From assembly GCA_002269645.1 (NCBI GenBank), contig NIVC01002125.1:62001-126000 (forward strand): 64,000 nt of DNA. The letters run 5' to 3'. Source of the DNA: Macrostomum lignano. Lineage: Eukaryota. Position 1 is the stretch's first letter. Each line of letters begins with the position of its first letter. The position numbers were made by a program, and so were the translations under genes. The notes under the pieces were generated by a model that was given only the letters and a program-made list of their open reading frames with translations, did no database searches and was not told the origin of the DNA. Positions 11,761 to 24,184 of the stretch are shown in pieces.

Positions 11761-13357
11761 TTTAGTAACCAAGCACTAATTAGATATCGAGGTATTATCA
11801 TAATCAAAACAACATTCAAATTTACTCTCCGCCCCCCCCCTTTTTTGTTTGACGGTTTCGCGTAGTTTCTATAAGGTGGCTCGTAAGGTGGCTAATGCAG
11901 TAATGCAGCAAGACGCAATTTAAACCCGAGATTGGGCTTCAGATCCTGGTGTCCCGTTGAAAACGATACTGAGAAAAGAATCCCTCAGAGCCTCAGAATC
12001 GTTTCAGAGTCGCAGACAACAAAAGGCCTCGAATTGACTCTTAGGCGACTCTTTGACGAATTTTTGGCGACTTGTACCGTGGCATCTCGTCGTTTTAAAG
12101 TCGTCTAGAGTCTCTTCTTTCCTTTTTTACCTGTGTTACCTTCTTGGCCGGGGTGCCGTTGTCATAGGAGTGTCTCGTGGTTAAAACCAATCCAATTAAA
12201 CCAGTTTTAGTGGTTGTATTAGAGACTTCATAGACCCTTACCTAGTTTTTTGTAACCTAACCTTTTCCCATTCGTCAATATGCTGAGTACTTTTTTTCTT
12301 TGTTTAATACTATAAGTATGCAGTCTACACATTAGCACATGTATTTTAGCAGTACATTACACATATATCAAGTGAAAAAATTCTATTGTATGCGGACATT
12401 CTGTACAAAGTTATTATTATTGATTAGTATTTTTGATATTACATTGATAGTTAGCTATTTCTGCACTGTTCGCGGTAAATATGTCAAAATGGTTGTTGTG
12501 TGCGCTAACTTAATTAAGTAATTTCAAAAGAGTTTGAATTGTTTTTAGTAGCCATTGTACGTTGCGCTGAAAGGTATTAGTTAGAAGATTATAATAATGT
12601 TGGCAGTTAGTAACTAGGCGTTGAGAGTATGCCGATGTTCGATAAGTACTTTCTTATATGTAAAGTGAGTGCACTGTGTACTTAAATGCACCTATTAAAG
12701 TATCAGACATTTTCTAGACCGCAAAACTTAAAAGTATCATATTTACTGCTGCTAGCTGAAGTTTTCTATTACTCTGTTTCTAATCAGATTAATTTGCTTG
12801 AAGAGAGCACGATTTTTTCTAATCCAGCTATGATGCTTCATTTGTCTTTGTTTTGTATTGTGCATTCTCTTATTTTATTACATTTGTCTGGATTTATAGT
12901 CATATACAGTTAATTGGCTGGCTTGTTTATCAACTTTTTCATTTATAATTAACATATAATTATATTTGTAAACTCAGCTTTAAGCTCTACAAGACTTAAT
13001 TTCTTTTCATCGGATAATTCACAGTAATTTTTAACTCTTGAAAGAAAGGCGTTTTCGATTCGTTCATTTCGTTAATTTTCTCTCGAACCGTGTGGAAGCT
13101 ATGCACTTTAAAAATGCAGAGAAAAAGGCCTGATTATGAATTGTCTATGGCAGAGGGCAGAGAGCTCGCAGATGCCAGAACGATTTGCCTGCACACCGCT
13201 CAAGCCTTTCCTTTATTCTCTTAGTAACAGCTTGTGGAAATAAGACGCCTGAGTTTCATTGTCAAACAACTTCAATTGCCATCTCTTTAGTAAGCCTTGC
13301 AGCAGCTTTTTTGATCGATTTTGCATCACAACTTGTTGCACAAGTCCAAGCTCGAGC

Positions 13358-15460
13358 ATGACCATGGATAGCGAGCACGGTCGCGAGCTGCAGAAGCAGC
13401 TAGCCGTTCACAAGAAGGTGGTCGTGGATGAGACCGTGGAGCGAATGGAAACAATTAGGCCGCCTATATACTATGACATGCCTCGACCAGACCAATTTCT
13501 GTCCGCTGACGTCAGCCAATCGTTGCGTGATTTGATCAGCTGCCCGGAGGGCTTCTTTGGCGTCGACCATCCAAATACGGCCTGGCTGATTAACCTGCTC
13601 AAGGACACGTCTGAGTGGCGGCTGCAGAAATGCCTAGTATCGCTGCGGACCCGGCCTCTGTTTGACAACACCAAATACTATCAACTGATTGATCGGCCCA
13701 CCTATTATTGGGGCAACTCCGCTAGCATGGAGAAGCCGTTGTTTAAATCCAACTCGATGCTTTATTTAAACGCATTCGGCGTTGCGCTCTATTTGAAAGT
13801 TGAAGTCGGCTGTCACAAGCTGGCGGCGGCCAAGTCGGGCAAGAACTATCTGGTCAGCGCCATTGTACCTCAGTATGCGTCCTTCGTGCACGACTGCGAC
13901 TACGACTTGGTGCGCTTCAATTACGACTTCCTGTGCATGAAGCGGGAGTATTTCGACGGTTTGCACTTTCTGGCCATGACCGGCTGGAATCCGTCCAGCA
14001 CCACGTTGTTCACATACAGACGCAAGTACTACCAGTTCAGTGTGCCGTTCACGGATTGGGTGGACGTTCTGCGCTACCTACTGGAACGGAAACCTTCGTT
14101 GAACGTTGCTAGACTAGTGGACAAGATGTATCGCCTGCAGTACGTCGTGAATCCGGCGTACAACTTTAACATGATGTTTATGAAAGAGATCGGCAAAGTA
14201 ATGATGGAGGCCTTCGAGCTAAAGGAGCTGACGCGTTACAACTTCAACAATCCGACCAAACTTGGTAACTATGCGGGCCGCAAGGTGCTTAAGAACAAGG
14301 AAGTGCCAGTGCCGGACGAGTATGCCACTGTGTTTTCCGACAAAGAAGGTAAACCAAAGAACCCACTGAGGCCCGTTGTGCCCAACATCATGTCTTACGT
14401 GCGTCGGTTGCTATCCTTTCAGTACTACTTTGATGGCAAGCACTTGTTTGCTCTGCCGCAGATCATCCGGGCTATTCTATGCTTCAAGTATCACGATTTT
14501 TTTGTCGTCTCGCAGACGGTAAAAAATTCGTGCGAAACGGACTCGACCGGTGTGCACCGGGTGTACATTGACCCGCTGATCTTTCAGATCAACTACTTTC
14601 TTAATTTGAAGTCGGACGGAATGTACCTGCGCCACAAGCAGTGGTCCAGCCACTCGGCATCCGCTGACACGGATGGCATCACTGAGGAGGAGCGGACCTG
14701 GTTCTATCGATTCGACACTTTCAACTGCCTTAGTCTGCTTGCCGGCTTGCTGCAAAACTGTCTCATCAAGAACGTGTCAGATGTTATTGTTGAGAACGTC
14801 TGTGATCTTATTGTTCACGTGCTGGTAGATTCTGAACTCATCGAGCCCTTCTTTCGCTATTCGTATTACGATACGTACTTTGGTCTGACTAGTGTTATTA
14901 ATTGTGTGCCAAACCTCATGTCCAAAACTGTGCTGCGTCTGTTAAAAAAGGCACCAATCACGCTGGTGAGCAACTTTGAGGTTACTCAGCTAGCCCGCAT
15001 GTTTACCATGAGCTTCTGGAAAATCAGCGCCCAGATTGACTGCGTGACGGTGCCTAAGACCATCGACGAGATGGCCACCTTCCTGCTGTGCAAGCGGCGT
15101 CGAGTCAGCATGAAAGTTGAAGGCCCAGCCACGGGCGAGGCGATGTCGGGCGCCAGCTCCATTGGTGCCGCCGGTGGAATCACCATGTTTGTGCGCAACT
15201 ACGACGACATGACGGAAATCAGCGCCGGTGACGAGAACGCCGAGCAGCCAGCCTCAGAGACCACCAAGAAACAGGACGAGGAGAGGAAGCACGTTTACGA
15301 GTACAAGCACATGGAGATAGACGCCCGCTACAGTTCCGTATTCCCTGTGTACTTCGAGGGTCTTAACAAAGTTCAGGTGAACTTGGACGAAAACAAGATG
15401 TTCGATGATTGCATATTCGAGTCTTACTCGCAGCACATGTTGGCCCATTTGAGGAAATGA
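13358..15460 (+). CDS. Intronless ~700-aa protein of unrecognised family
   Basis: A 2.2-kb uninterrupted ORF (13259..15460) with non-repetitive sequence and GC well above the flanks. First ATGs are 13358 and 13364 (accATGG). AATAAA lies near 15851. No motif recognised. Confidence 0.75.
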   Translation: MTMDSEHGRELQKQLAVHKKVVVDETVERMETIRPPIYYDMPRPDQFLSADVSQSLRDLISCPEGFFGVDHPNTAWLINLLKDTSEWRLQKCLVSLRTRPLFDNTKYYQLIDRPTYYWGNSASMEKPLFKSNSMLYLNAFGVALYLKVEVGCHKLAAAKSGKNYLVSAIVPQYASFVHDCDYDLVRFNYDFLCMKREYFDGLHFLAMTGWNPSSTTLFTYRRKYYQFSVPFTDWVDVLRYLLERKPSLNVARLVDKMYRLQYVVNPAYNFNMMFMKEIGKVMMEAFELKELTRYNFNNPTKLGNYAGRKVLKNKEVPVPDEYATVFSDKEGKPKNPLRPVVPNIMSYVRRLLSFQYYFDGKHLFALPQIIRAILCFKYHDFFVVSQTVKNSCETDSTGVHRVYIDPLIFQINYFLNLKSDGMYLRHKQWSSHSASADTDGITEEERTWFYRFDTFNCLSLLAGLLQNCLIKNVSDVIVENVCDLIVHVLVDSELIEPFFRYSYYDTYFGLTSVINCVPNLMSKTVLRLLKKAPITLVSNFEVTQLARMFTMSFWKISAQIDCVTVPKTIDEMATFLLCKRRRVSMKVEGPATGEAMSGASSIGAAGGITMFVRNYDDMTEISAGDENAEQPASETTKKQDEERKHVYEYKHMEIDARYSSVFPVYFEGLNKVQVNLDENKMFDDCIFESYSQHMLAHLRK

Positions 15461-18400
15461 GGAAGTCATAGCCAGTGAGTATAATCTATCATCTGAAGTA
15501 CGAATTCAGAAGTACAAGGACGACATGTAAGACTATAAATATTGGATGCTTAATGCTGAAAAGTGTTGCAAATGTTTTTTTGTTGTAATATGAGCTTTTT
15601 AGTTTTTTCATCGGCTTTCAGCTCAGCTTCTTAGTGTGATTTTTCATGCATTACGGTAGTTTTGCATTCAAATTTTGCAGTAAATAGTATTTAATCTGAA
15701 AATGCTATCATTTACTGCCTCACATATTTCTTTTACCTAATTTAATTTTGCCAATGCAGAACGTTTTTTGTATTTATAAAGCTTTCTTATACTCGTACGT
15801 AACTTTACAAATGTATTTCTGCATGCATATGGTTATCTGTACTTTTGGTAAATAAAAAGAAATACTAACGGCTATCACTATCAGTATGGGTGGATACAGT
15901 GCTTCCACTTCCACTTTCGCCCAAGCTAGCTACTGAAATTTCAATAGCTCTTTCTTAGTATTTTAATCGAATCGAATCACATACACTGTACGTCTGTAAA
16001 ACCTGCGTGGTAGGAATAAGAAGGTTTATCGATCCAGATTTGATGTGGGTAGATGAGGAGTTTTCGAATTCGCACGTCAGGTACGTACATATCCATTTCT
16101 GTATACTTCAAGTGTCTTGTACTCATACTTATTCTGTACTATCATTAGAAAAAGAGCTGCCGAAAATACTAATAACACTAAAATCTATATTTACATAGCT
16201 AACTTTTTATTTTGAACTTTTTTCTTAGAATTTATAGCTTATTGTTTTACTAAGAAAGCCGAAAACTTTTTTGAGTGCCCAAATTTAAAACAGTATTTGG
16301 GTAGTTCTCAAATTAAGGTCATGATGTTTTGGTACAGAAAAAAAAAGTTTTTGAATAAAGTAATTATTTTGCAAAAACGATTCTTTCGTCAATTTAATTA
16401 AAAAACTGCCGTTAAAACCACAAGAAACCAAATATTTAAGACGAAATCTAGCAATTTGTTATTTTTCGCAACGGAAAATAAAACGACCAAAAATTGTGAA
16501 ATAATGCAAGTTTTCTTTTATTTTTTTATGAATTATATACATCTTTTATTCTATGTTTACTATTTAATAAGTATTATTTCAATAGAAAATGTTATTTTTA
16601 AATCAACATTTTGTTTTTTTCGTATAAATTGCTTGTATTTAAAATTATCGCGTAACAAGAAACACCCGAAATAATTGATATTGTACCACTCAAGAACTTA
16701 ATTATTGTACTTAAACACCGAAATATGAAGCTTAAAATATACAAAACTGGTTTAGCTAAAAATTAGGCTTGCAAAATATGTCTTTTAAAGCATTAAAAGT
16801 TTTTTTGAATTAGAATATATATAGTAAACGAGCTAGGAAGCCATTTCTTTTAAAACCTAAAATGCATGTATCTTTTTTCGAACAGACTTGCGTTTTTTTA
16901 AAAAATAATTCAGCAAGCATTTATATTCTGCAACATAGCTTTAATACTATTTTACTATTTTACTATACTATTTTCTTATGTAATTAGGCTGCATAACTAC
17001 TAAAAGAACAGCTTATAAATTTAAATTAAATACTTTGGTCTTGGTAAGTTAATTAGCCTATTACAGACGTCTGACTCGGCAGCCACATGGATCACTGCAA
17101 TTGCTCTGGCGAACCTCTGTAATCGATTCTGGCCCTGCACTAGCTGTCATGCTCGGTATACAATTCGTCTCATTTGATAAATTACGTCGATGCCTGCAGA
17201 ACTAACCACATCCAAAGGACCACTGCACATCTTAGATTGTGGCACATACAATGATGCTGGTGTTCTGGCAGAGAAACAGGTAAAAGTGCAGCAAATAGCA
17301 TTACATATCCGTCCGAGAGGTGTGCAGTTTACAGTGCTTTAGCCAATTGGGTCAGTAGAATTAAATCGATCACATTAGAATAAAAGTAGATGTTCGCTGT
17401 ACATGTAACAAACCAATAGCAAGACACTATTGGATGTCTTTCCCTTCTACTGATGCTCGTACATCAGCTGGCTGTCTCCACAGGCCACAGCTCATCGCAT
17501 TCTCTGTTAACCGCCGCTTCAGTGCTGTCAGCCGCACTTAACTGTGTCTGGCCTCGGTATATAGAGTTAGTCCCAATGGAAAATCATCATCTAAAACATA
17601 TCTAAAGCGTAATTGTCAATCGAAGAGTAATATAAAATATAGTATGTCTGTTATGGTACTGCCATGACTTATCTGTTAAACACTTCAAAAATTCGTGTGG
17701 CAGCACTCTGTAGAGATTCCATCTTTCTGTACCATATTTAATATTACATTGCCAGCATCAATGGCAATTAAGTTTTTTCTTTTGTCTTTTTTCTTGTTAG
17801 TAGCTATATGCATCCAAAGGTGAAAAGTATCAACTGAATGTTTAAGTTGCTACATGTATATCTTTAATGAATTGCAGAACATATGAGAATGAATTTAATG
17901 TTTCAAAGAAATTAATTTTTGTGCTTCAGACAGCTAATTTCATTGATTATAAATCAGATGCAAAATTGTTTTAATACTATTTCTTGACTAATCAAATCAT
18001 TCAACTTTTTTTATTATTCGTTACTCTTATTTTCTTTTCAGTTTCTACTACCTCTTGTTTTGACTCATTATGTTTACTTGTAACTTACAATACAAATTTT
18101 AAATCAGTTAAAAAAATTGTGTGAAAACAACAAAAAACGACTGTTTTTAAGAGAAAAATAGTCAATTTTATCTACATAAATCAAATTCTGTTTGTTCTGA
18201 CTAACATATTGGGTGATCAATAGCAAAAATTCATCTAAATACGAGCGTACATAAAAAAACATCCAAAAAACCTAACAATGTGCTGAGAAAAATTTTTTTC
18301 ATAACTAGAGACAAAAAAGTGGTACTTTTTCTCATCCCACAGATGAGGACTTTAAATTAAAATAACTTTGGTGCTACTTGCTTTGTTGTTGTCAGCGAAA

Positions 18401-19619
18401 TCTCTCTTTGTTAGGTTAATTTTGTGCTATTGAAAAAAACTTAAAATTGAATTTATTTAACTTTTCTTTTTAATATAGAATGAAACTGCCTTAATTGATA
18501 CTTTAGTGTTAGATATGACTTTCTTTCTTAAAAAAACAGCAGAAAACGTAGCTATTAGCTTATTCTATTAACAGAACAAATTAATTAAAAGTGGATTTTT
18601 TAATCATTCATAATGTTACGTTTCTAGCAAAAATCGAAATAGCAACATCTGCTTTGCAATCGAAAGAGTTAAATGGGTTCTAGGTTGTGCTAACCAAAGT
18701 TATAAATAACATTTATCAATTTTCTTTTTTAATAAGACCACGTGAACAGAATGTAGCTTCTCTAAAGTGGGTATTATAGCTCGTGCGATAATAAAAATAT
18801 ACATCGAAAAATGAAATAGCGCACTCTGATGAGATTAACATCAAAAGTTCAATGTTAAAATAGATTAAGACCCATGAGAGGCATATATTTTTTAAGTCCT
18901 TTTAGAGCTAAAATAAGAAAAGATTCAATATTTCAGGCTGATTTTCAAAAATATTTGTTTCACTGCTTACGACTAAACTTTGAGAACGACCCATTTTTCA
19001 GAAAAAGGTATATACCAAAGTAACAACAAAGTATATAAACAAAGTATATAAACAAAGTATATAACAAAAGGCAACAAAGTATATACTGGCTACTAGCTGT
19101 GTCGTTCGTTATCACTGTCCATTCAATCGGTTTGTGATCAGTTTATCCAACAATCGATTGTCTTTTAAACAACTCAGAAAGATATTCTTAATTTCTGTTG
19201 TATTTTCTGTTATTTATTTATCTATTTCCACTTGTATTCGAGCGGAAATGTTGCGCGCAAGTTTTGGTCTTTTAAATCTTCAGAAGGGACTCTTTCTGGT
19301 AAGCGAAACGTAAGGTGACAGATATAAAAAGATAACCAAGTGACTAGAATTAAATAGTTTTTGTTTTCCAGTTCAGCAATTCTTATGCTTGGTAATTCTT
19401 GACTAGTTAATGAAGACAAAGTCTTTTCGCCCCAGTGAGCTTTGGGGTTGGAATTTTATAATACCTAGTGTTGTATCGATTATTTAAAGACTTTCAAGGC
19501 ATTATTAACGCTGATGCTCCTAATATTTTGCGTCGTGTCATACATAAAGTTAGCCTAATAGATAAAGTAGGGCGAGAGTTGTAAAATGTCTCTAACGTCA
19601 AATGATTTATAGGAAGGGA

Positions 19620-20400
19620 ATTAGGGATGTCGATTCCCCAGGGAATTATCTTATCGGGGACCCCGGTGAAAAGAAAAAATAAGTTAAAACGGCGGATCAC
19701 TTAGATTGTAAGTGGAATTTTTTAAACTTTGATTTAAGCTTTGTACTACATGTTCAAGGCGCAGGGGTAAAAATTTTAAACAATGTTTTTTTAAACTGTA
19801 TTTGACAATGTGGCATCACGAAATCGTGCGCGCACCTTTATCGGAAAAGTGCATTTGTTGGAATGCATGCTAAACAGCTACGCTCGTGAGAGGATAATTA
19901 ATGAATGAGACTGTTTTTATAATCGGAATTTTATTTCTTGCATATATATGTAAATCACCATTTTGTCCTTGTCTAATAGGGAGTATATGTATGACACCCC
20001 CCTATGCGTCAGTGCCTGACGCATGACGCAGCGCTGCGCCTGCGTCAAGCCGTCAACGCAGACCAACACAGCAGTCACTAGTCAGTAAGGCTTCTTTTTC
20101 CTGACGGGTTTCTTTTCTACGTGCAATTTGCTTGATTGAATGACTTATTAGTGAAAAAACAATCAAACGTGTGTTGTGTTTCAAATACATGTAATGCATT
20201 GAAATAAGCAATTATGCGGTAAAAGAGCATAGACAGAGTTTCAATCAGCTTTCTGTGAATCAGTTTCTTATTTTAATGGCAAAAATTAAGTTACAAATGC
20301 ATTTTTTCATATTTTTTCTCCCCAGGGTCCCCGGTTAAATTCCCCGGAGAGTATTCCCCGACAAGCTCCCCGGGGAGCACTCCCGGGGTCAACATCCCTA
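19620..20400. mobile_element. Possible degenerate fold-back/MITE with central hairpin
   Basis: TAGGGATG..GGGGACCCC..GAAAAAA (19622-19679) is mirrored by TTTTTTC..GGGTCCCC..CATCCCTA (20312-20400). Hairpin ATGCGTCAG-tgc-CTGACGCAT sits at 20004-20024. Confidence 0.3.
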
Positions 20401-22554
20401 GAAGGGAAACTACGAGCATAAGTTCTGCAACACATATACAAGTAGCTAAGCATTAATAGACGCACTGCACCGATAAAATGTAATGGAATTGCTCGAATCA
20501 CCGACACCAAGACCCATAAAACTGGAGAAACTGGCAGGATATAGTAGATACATGTAGGTCAGAATCAGAAGTGATCATGGGTGGGTGGGTCAAGTGATCA
20601 TGGGTTCGACCTCGATTGTATTATTCCTTCTTAATCTTATGCAATTAATTGTAAATTAGGTATGAAGTAACAGTAATTATCCTTGACCATGCTAGAGTAA
20701 AGACAAGTCAAAGTCAAGTTAATAAAAATAGACACACAGTGTAACAATAACAATGGTTTTTAGAGCCATTTTTCTTGTCTGTGTTCGTCTTTGTACATAC
20801 ATGTACATTTGGGAAGACTTATCTGGACCCAATCCCTTCTTATTCTACATGTACGCTGTTTTGGGTATGGGGGTTAGAGTTGGGCCGTCTGACACCCCCC
20901 TCCCCCCCCTACCATAGTGGACTGGAGAGAAAGAAGCACATGCTATCGCTATTGGCTAGCCTGTCGTTCTCTTTCTCTTTACCTTCTGTCTTGTGTAGCG
21001 TACACTATCCAATGCACAAGGCCCAACTTTCCACTAAAGGAAGGTTCATATAGTCCGCCCATGGGCTTCCTCTTGCTTTCGCGTACACTCAAGGCCACTC
21101 ACTCTCAACACCAGCCACTAGAGGCTTGTTTTAAATAATCGATCGATAATATTAAATGTACACTTGAAAGCTTGCTTTGGATCCTAGCAGAAGGGGGAGA
21201 AAGTGGCCAAGGCCACCACACCCCACAAGGCAGGCAGGCCGGCCCGAGTGCGATAACGAATGACAAAAAAATAGAAAAGTACAATTTACACATCAACTTT
21301 CAATACAATAAATACAATAATAGGTACGGTATTAATGACAGTGTATTTTCGCACAAAGTAGCTACATTCAAACCACCAGCACGTAAACAGCTAAAATTTC
21401 ACTGTTTATGAAATTTTATAAAATTTAACACATCATTTTAGATATTGAAAACTTTTAAAGGAGGGTATTACTGTTGCATGTGACTATAAAATCGTGGTAG
21501 GTATAGCTGATGATGAAACTGGTGATTGGTATCTAGCTTTTTTGATAACTTAGCCGGTTAGACCCCGAAATAGCTATTGTAATTTGTAACGCTGGAGCCA
21601 AATACAAATACAATGGAGCAATTAGTTTCTCTCAAATCTGTCTCTGCCAGTGCCAGTTTAGTCCATAGTAAGTAACCAAAGTAAAATACCCATTAGTGGT
21701 CCCGTTTCTAATGTTTATAAATATTAAGCTTCAGTTTACTTTTGGCACAGTATGCAATTTTGAAAATTCACCCTAATAACGGTTTGCACCAGCAGGAAAG
21801 CAACTATTTTGTTGTTGGAAATCAGATTAAGCAGTCAAAAGAGTGTATTTCTATGAAAAAAGGTACTTTTTTTCCATTTTTTCAAATATTTAAACAGGTT
21901 TCGCTCTTTCAATAAAAAAATCATCGCAGTACCTTAAAGTACAGTTAGTTTGGAATTAGATGACGGCGTTGAATTGTTTCTTCCATATTCCAAAAATTAT
22001 AATGAGCACTTTTCCTCAAATCAGTTTGAGATCATGATTTTTAGTCTTTCGTCGATAACTTTCTGATTTCAAATGTTTAAGAATTGAAAACTTCCACACT
22101 TGTGTATCTTTGAATTGCGCATCAATTGGTGCATAGTATGTATGCTTAACTATTAGCAGTATAGAAAAAAATGCAAAAAACTGTAAAAGTACATTTTCAA
22201 TTTTTGCATTTTTTGCAACCAAAGTGCCAACTTTTTGATACAATTGAAAAAAACAACCCAATAATGTTATGCATCTTAGTAAGGCGCACCTATAACCCTC
22301 GAACATTTTTAGCTCGAGTTTTAATGTGCATGAGGAAATGCACTTTTGTAAAGACATAATCTTAAGACAAACATTTCAACTGAAGCCTGTTCCTTTTCTC
22401 CGCAGTGAATCCATACAAAACTATACTCGTTAAATAGATCAGATTCTTCTCTTTAAAATGACACCTCACTTGTGAAATTCGCACTTGTAGTTTTGAAGTT
22501 ACAGCAGTTTTTGTGAGATTTTTCTTGTCATTTTTTCGATGCACACGTCTCATA

Positions 22555-22735
22555 TTATTATATTCGTCACAAGCCAGACCACCCAATGCGCTTCGCGCAT
22601 TGGCTGGCTGTTTGTTCCTCATGCTCGGCACTTTGTGCCTCGCGCGTTCGCTCCGCTCACCCCACAGACCCAAGGACACGCGCTTCGCGCGTGTCCTTGG
22701 GTTTGTGGGTTTCGCGGAGCTCACTGGGAACTAGG
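22555..22735. mobile_element. Short GC-rich interspersed-repeat-like segment with GCGCTTCGCGC hairpin motifs
   Basis: CCAATGCGcttCGCGCATTGG-type hairpin and repeated CGCTTCGCG motifs within AT-rich DNA; resembles non-autonomous element ends (inference). Confidence 0.3.
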
Positions 22736-24184
22736 CCTATTTGTTCTCATTCCAGTTACGACTAGATAACTTAATATTTATATTATAATGCCATGGGAAA
22801 CAATACAGAAATAGTAAATTTCTAACAACCCTAAAATATATAAAACAATGCATTTTAACTTAAGCAACAAAAGTTGACAATGTTTTGTTATGCTTTGTTT
22901 TGCTATTTGCATTTTAATTTATTTGCAGTTTTGCACTTGTAAACCAAAAATATAGGCTTAACAAAAAAACAACACCTAACTAGGAGCTAAAAAGTATAAA
23001 GATTTGTATTCTTATATAATAGACAATAATATAGTAATAAGCTATCTAGGACAAGAAAAAGGCTAGGCCCATAAGAAAAGTTTTGACAAAGTATTATAAC
23101 ATTTAGAAAATTCAAAAATGCATTCTAAATTTATAAATATATTGCATAGAATATATTATAGTAATAAAAAATAGTTTTAGGAGTTTTATTTTTAGCTTAA
23201 ATATATATTTTAAATATACTTTATATAATATATGACAAATCAAAAAAATATTAATATAATTATAACAATTGCTTTAGAATAAGAAAGATAAAAGCATTAA
23301 GTAACAAATAACAGCAAGTGTTATTTTGTATAAATTGAATGATATAAAATCTCAATTTAATTTGACATTTCTAAAAAACAAAAAATCTTTTATACTTATA
23401 TAACTTACTCCTATTTTTTTAAATATGATTTTTTGCATTGTAATACTAATACTAATTATATTTTTACCAAAATCTTTTTCCTGAGATACTAATTTAGCTT
23501 GCTAGCCAATTATGCTTTCTGGCAGAAGCCAATGCAAGCCCAAAAATTTACCAAAATTTTGCTTTTCTTTACTAAAAAACTTTAAGAAAACTAACCACCT
23601 TTTGAACTATGATGTGCAATACTTGATCTATTTATATAATAGATCAAATAATCCTAACTTTGCATAACCTCCAATTTAAGCCATCATATAAAATCATAGG
23701 AAATCTGCATCTCTAACTCTGAACTTGCACTTAAAAATATTTAATAAACAATATAGATTTTTATATTGCTTTGGCTAAATAGGCTTTTTTGCCTAAGCCA
23801 CTTAATACTACTACTACTACTACTACTACCACTACTAGTCTAAAGTCTTCAAGTTTACAAGTACAAGTTGTGTACCTTTGAAAACCAGTGATCCTACAAG
23901 TCACCCCAGAAAATTTCTACTAAGCCCTGCAAAATAAAGCCTTACCCTAAAAAGGGGAGCTCTCCAAAAACACTGTTATATGCATGGAATCTTGCTTCTA
24001 CATAATTATCCTATTAACCAACTATAGTAAACAAGTCAGAGTAAATAGATGATTGATCCAAAATATTTCCTAATTGATGGGGATAAACTGGGAGTTCTGC
24101 AAATATGAAATCTGCACCCGAACAAGTGCATAGTCTATGTATACTAAATAACTAATGTTCATTCCCATCTGATAACCCAAACAG

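Noticed and set aside
13141-13150. TTGTCTATGG (10 of the 12 bp of the Crypton terminal repeat) upstream of the orphan ORF
   Set aside because: No partner copy downstream of the ORF and no GCGGAGATT boxes; a 10-mer can occur by chance in 64 kb.
13860-13925. YASFVHDCDYDLV in the orphan ORF as a nucleotidyltransferase hG[GS]..DxD motif
   Set aside because: Lacks the Gly and the usual 9-13-residue spacing; too weak without a profile search.
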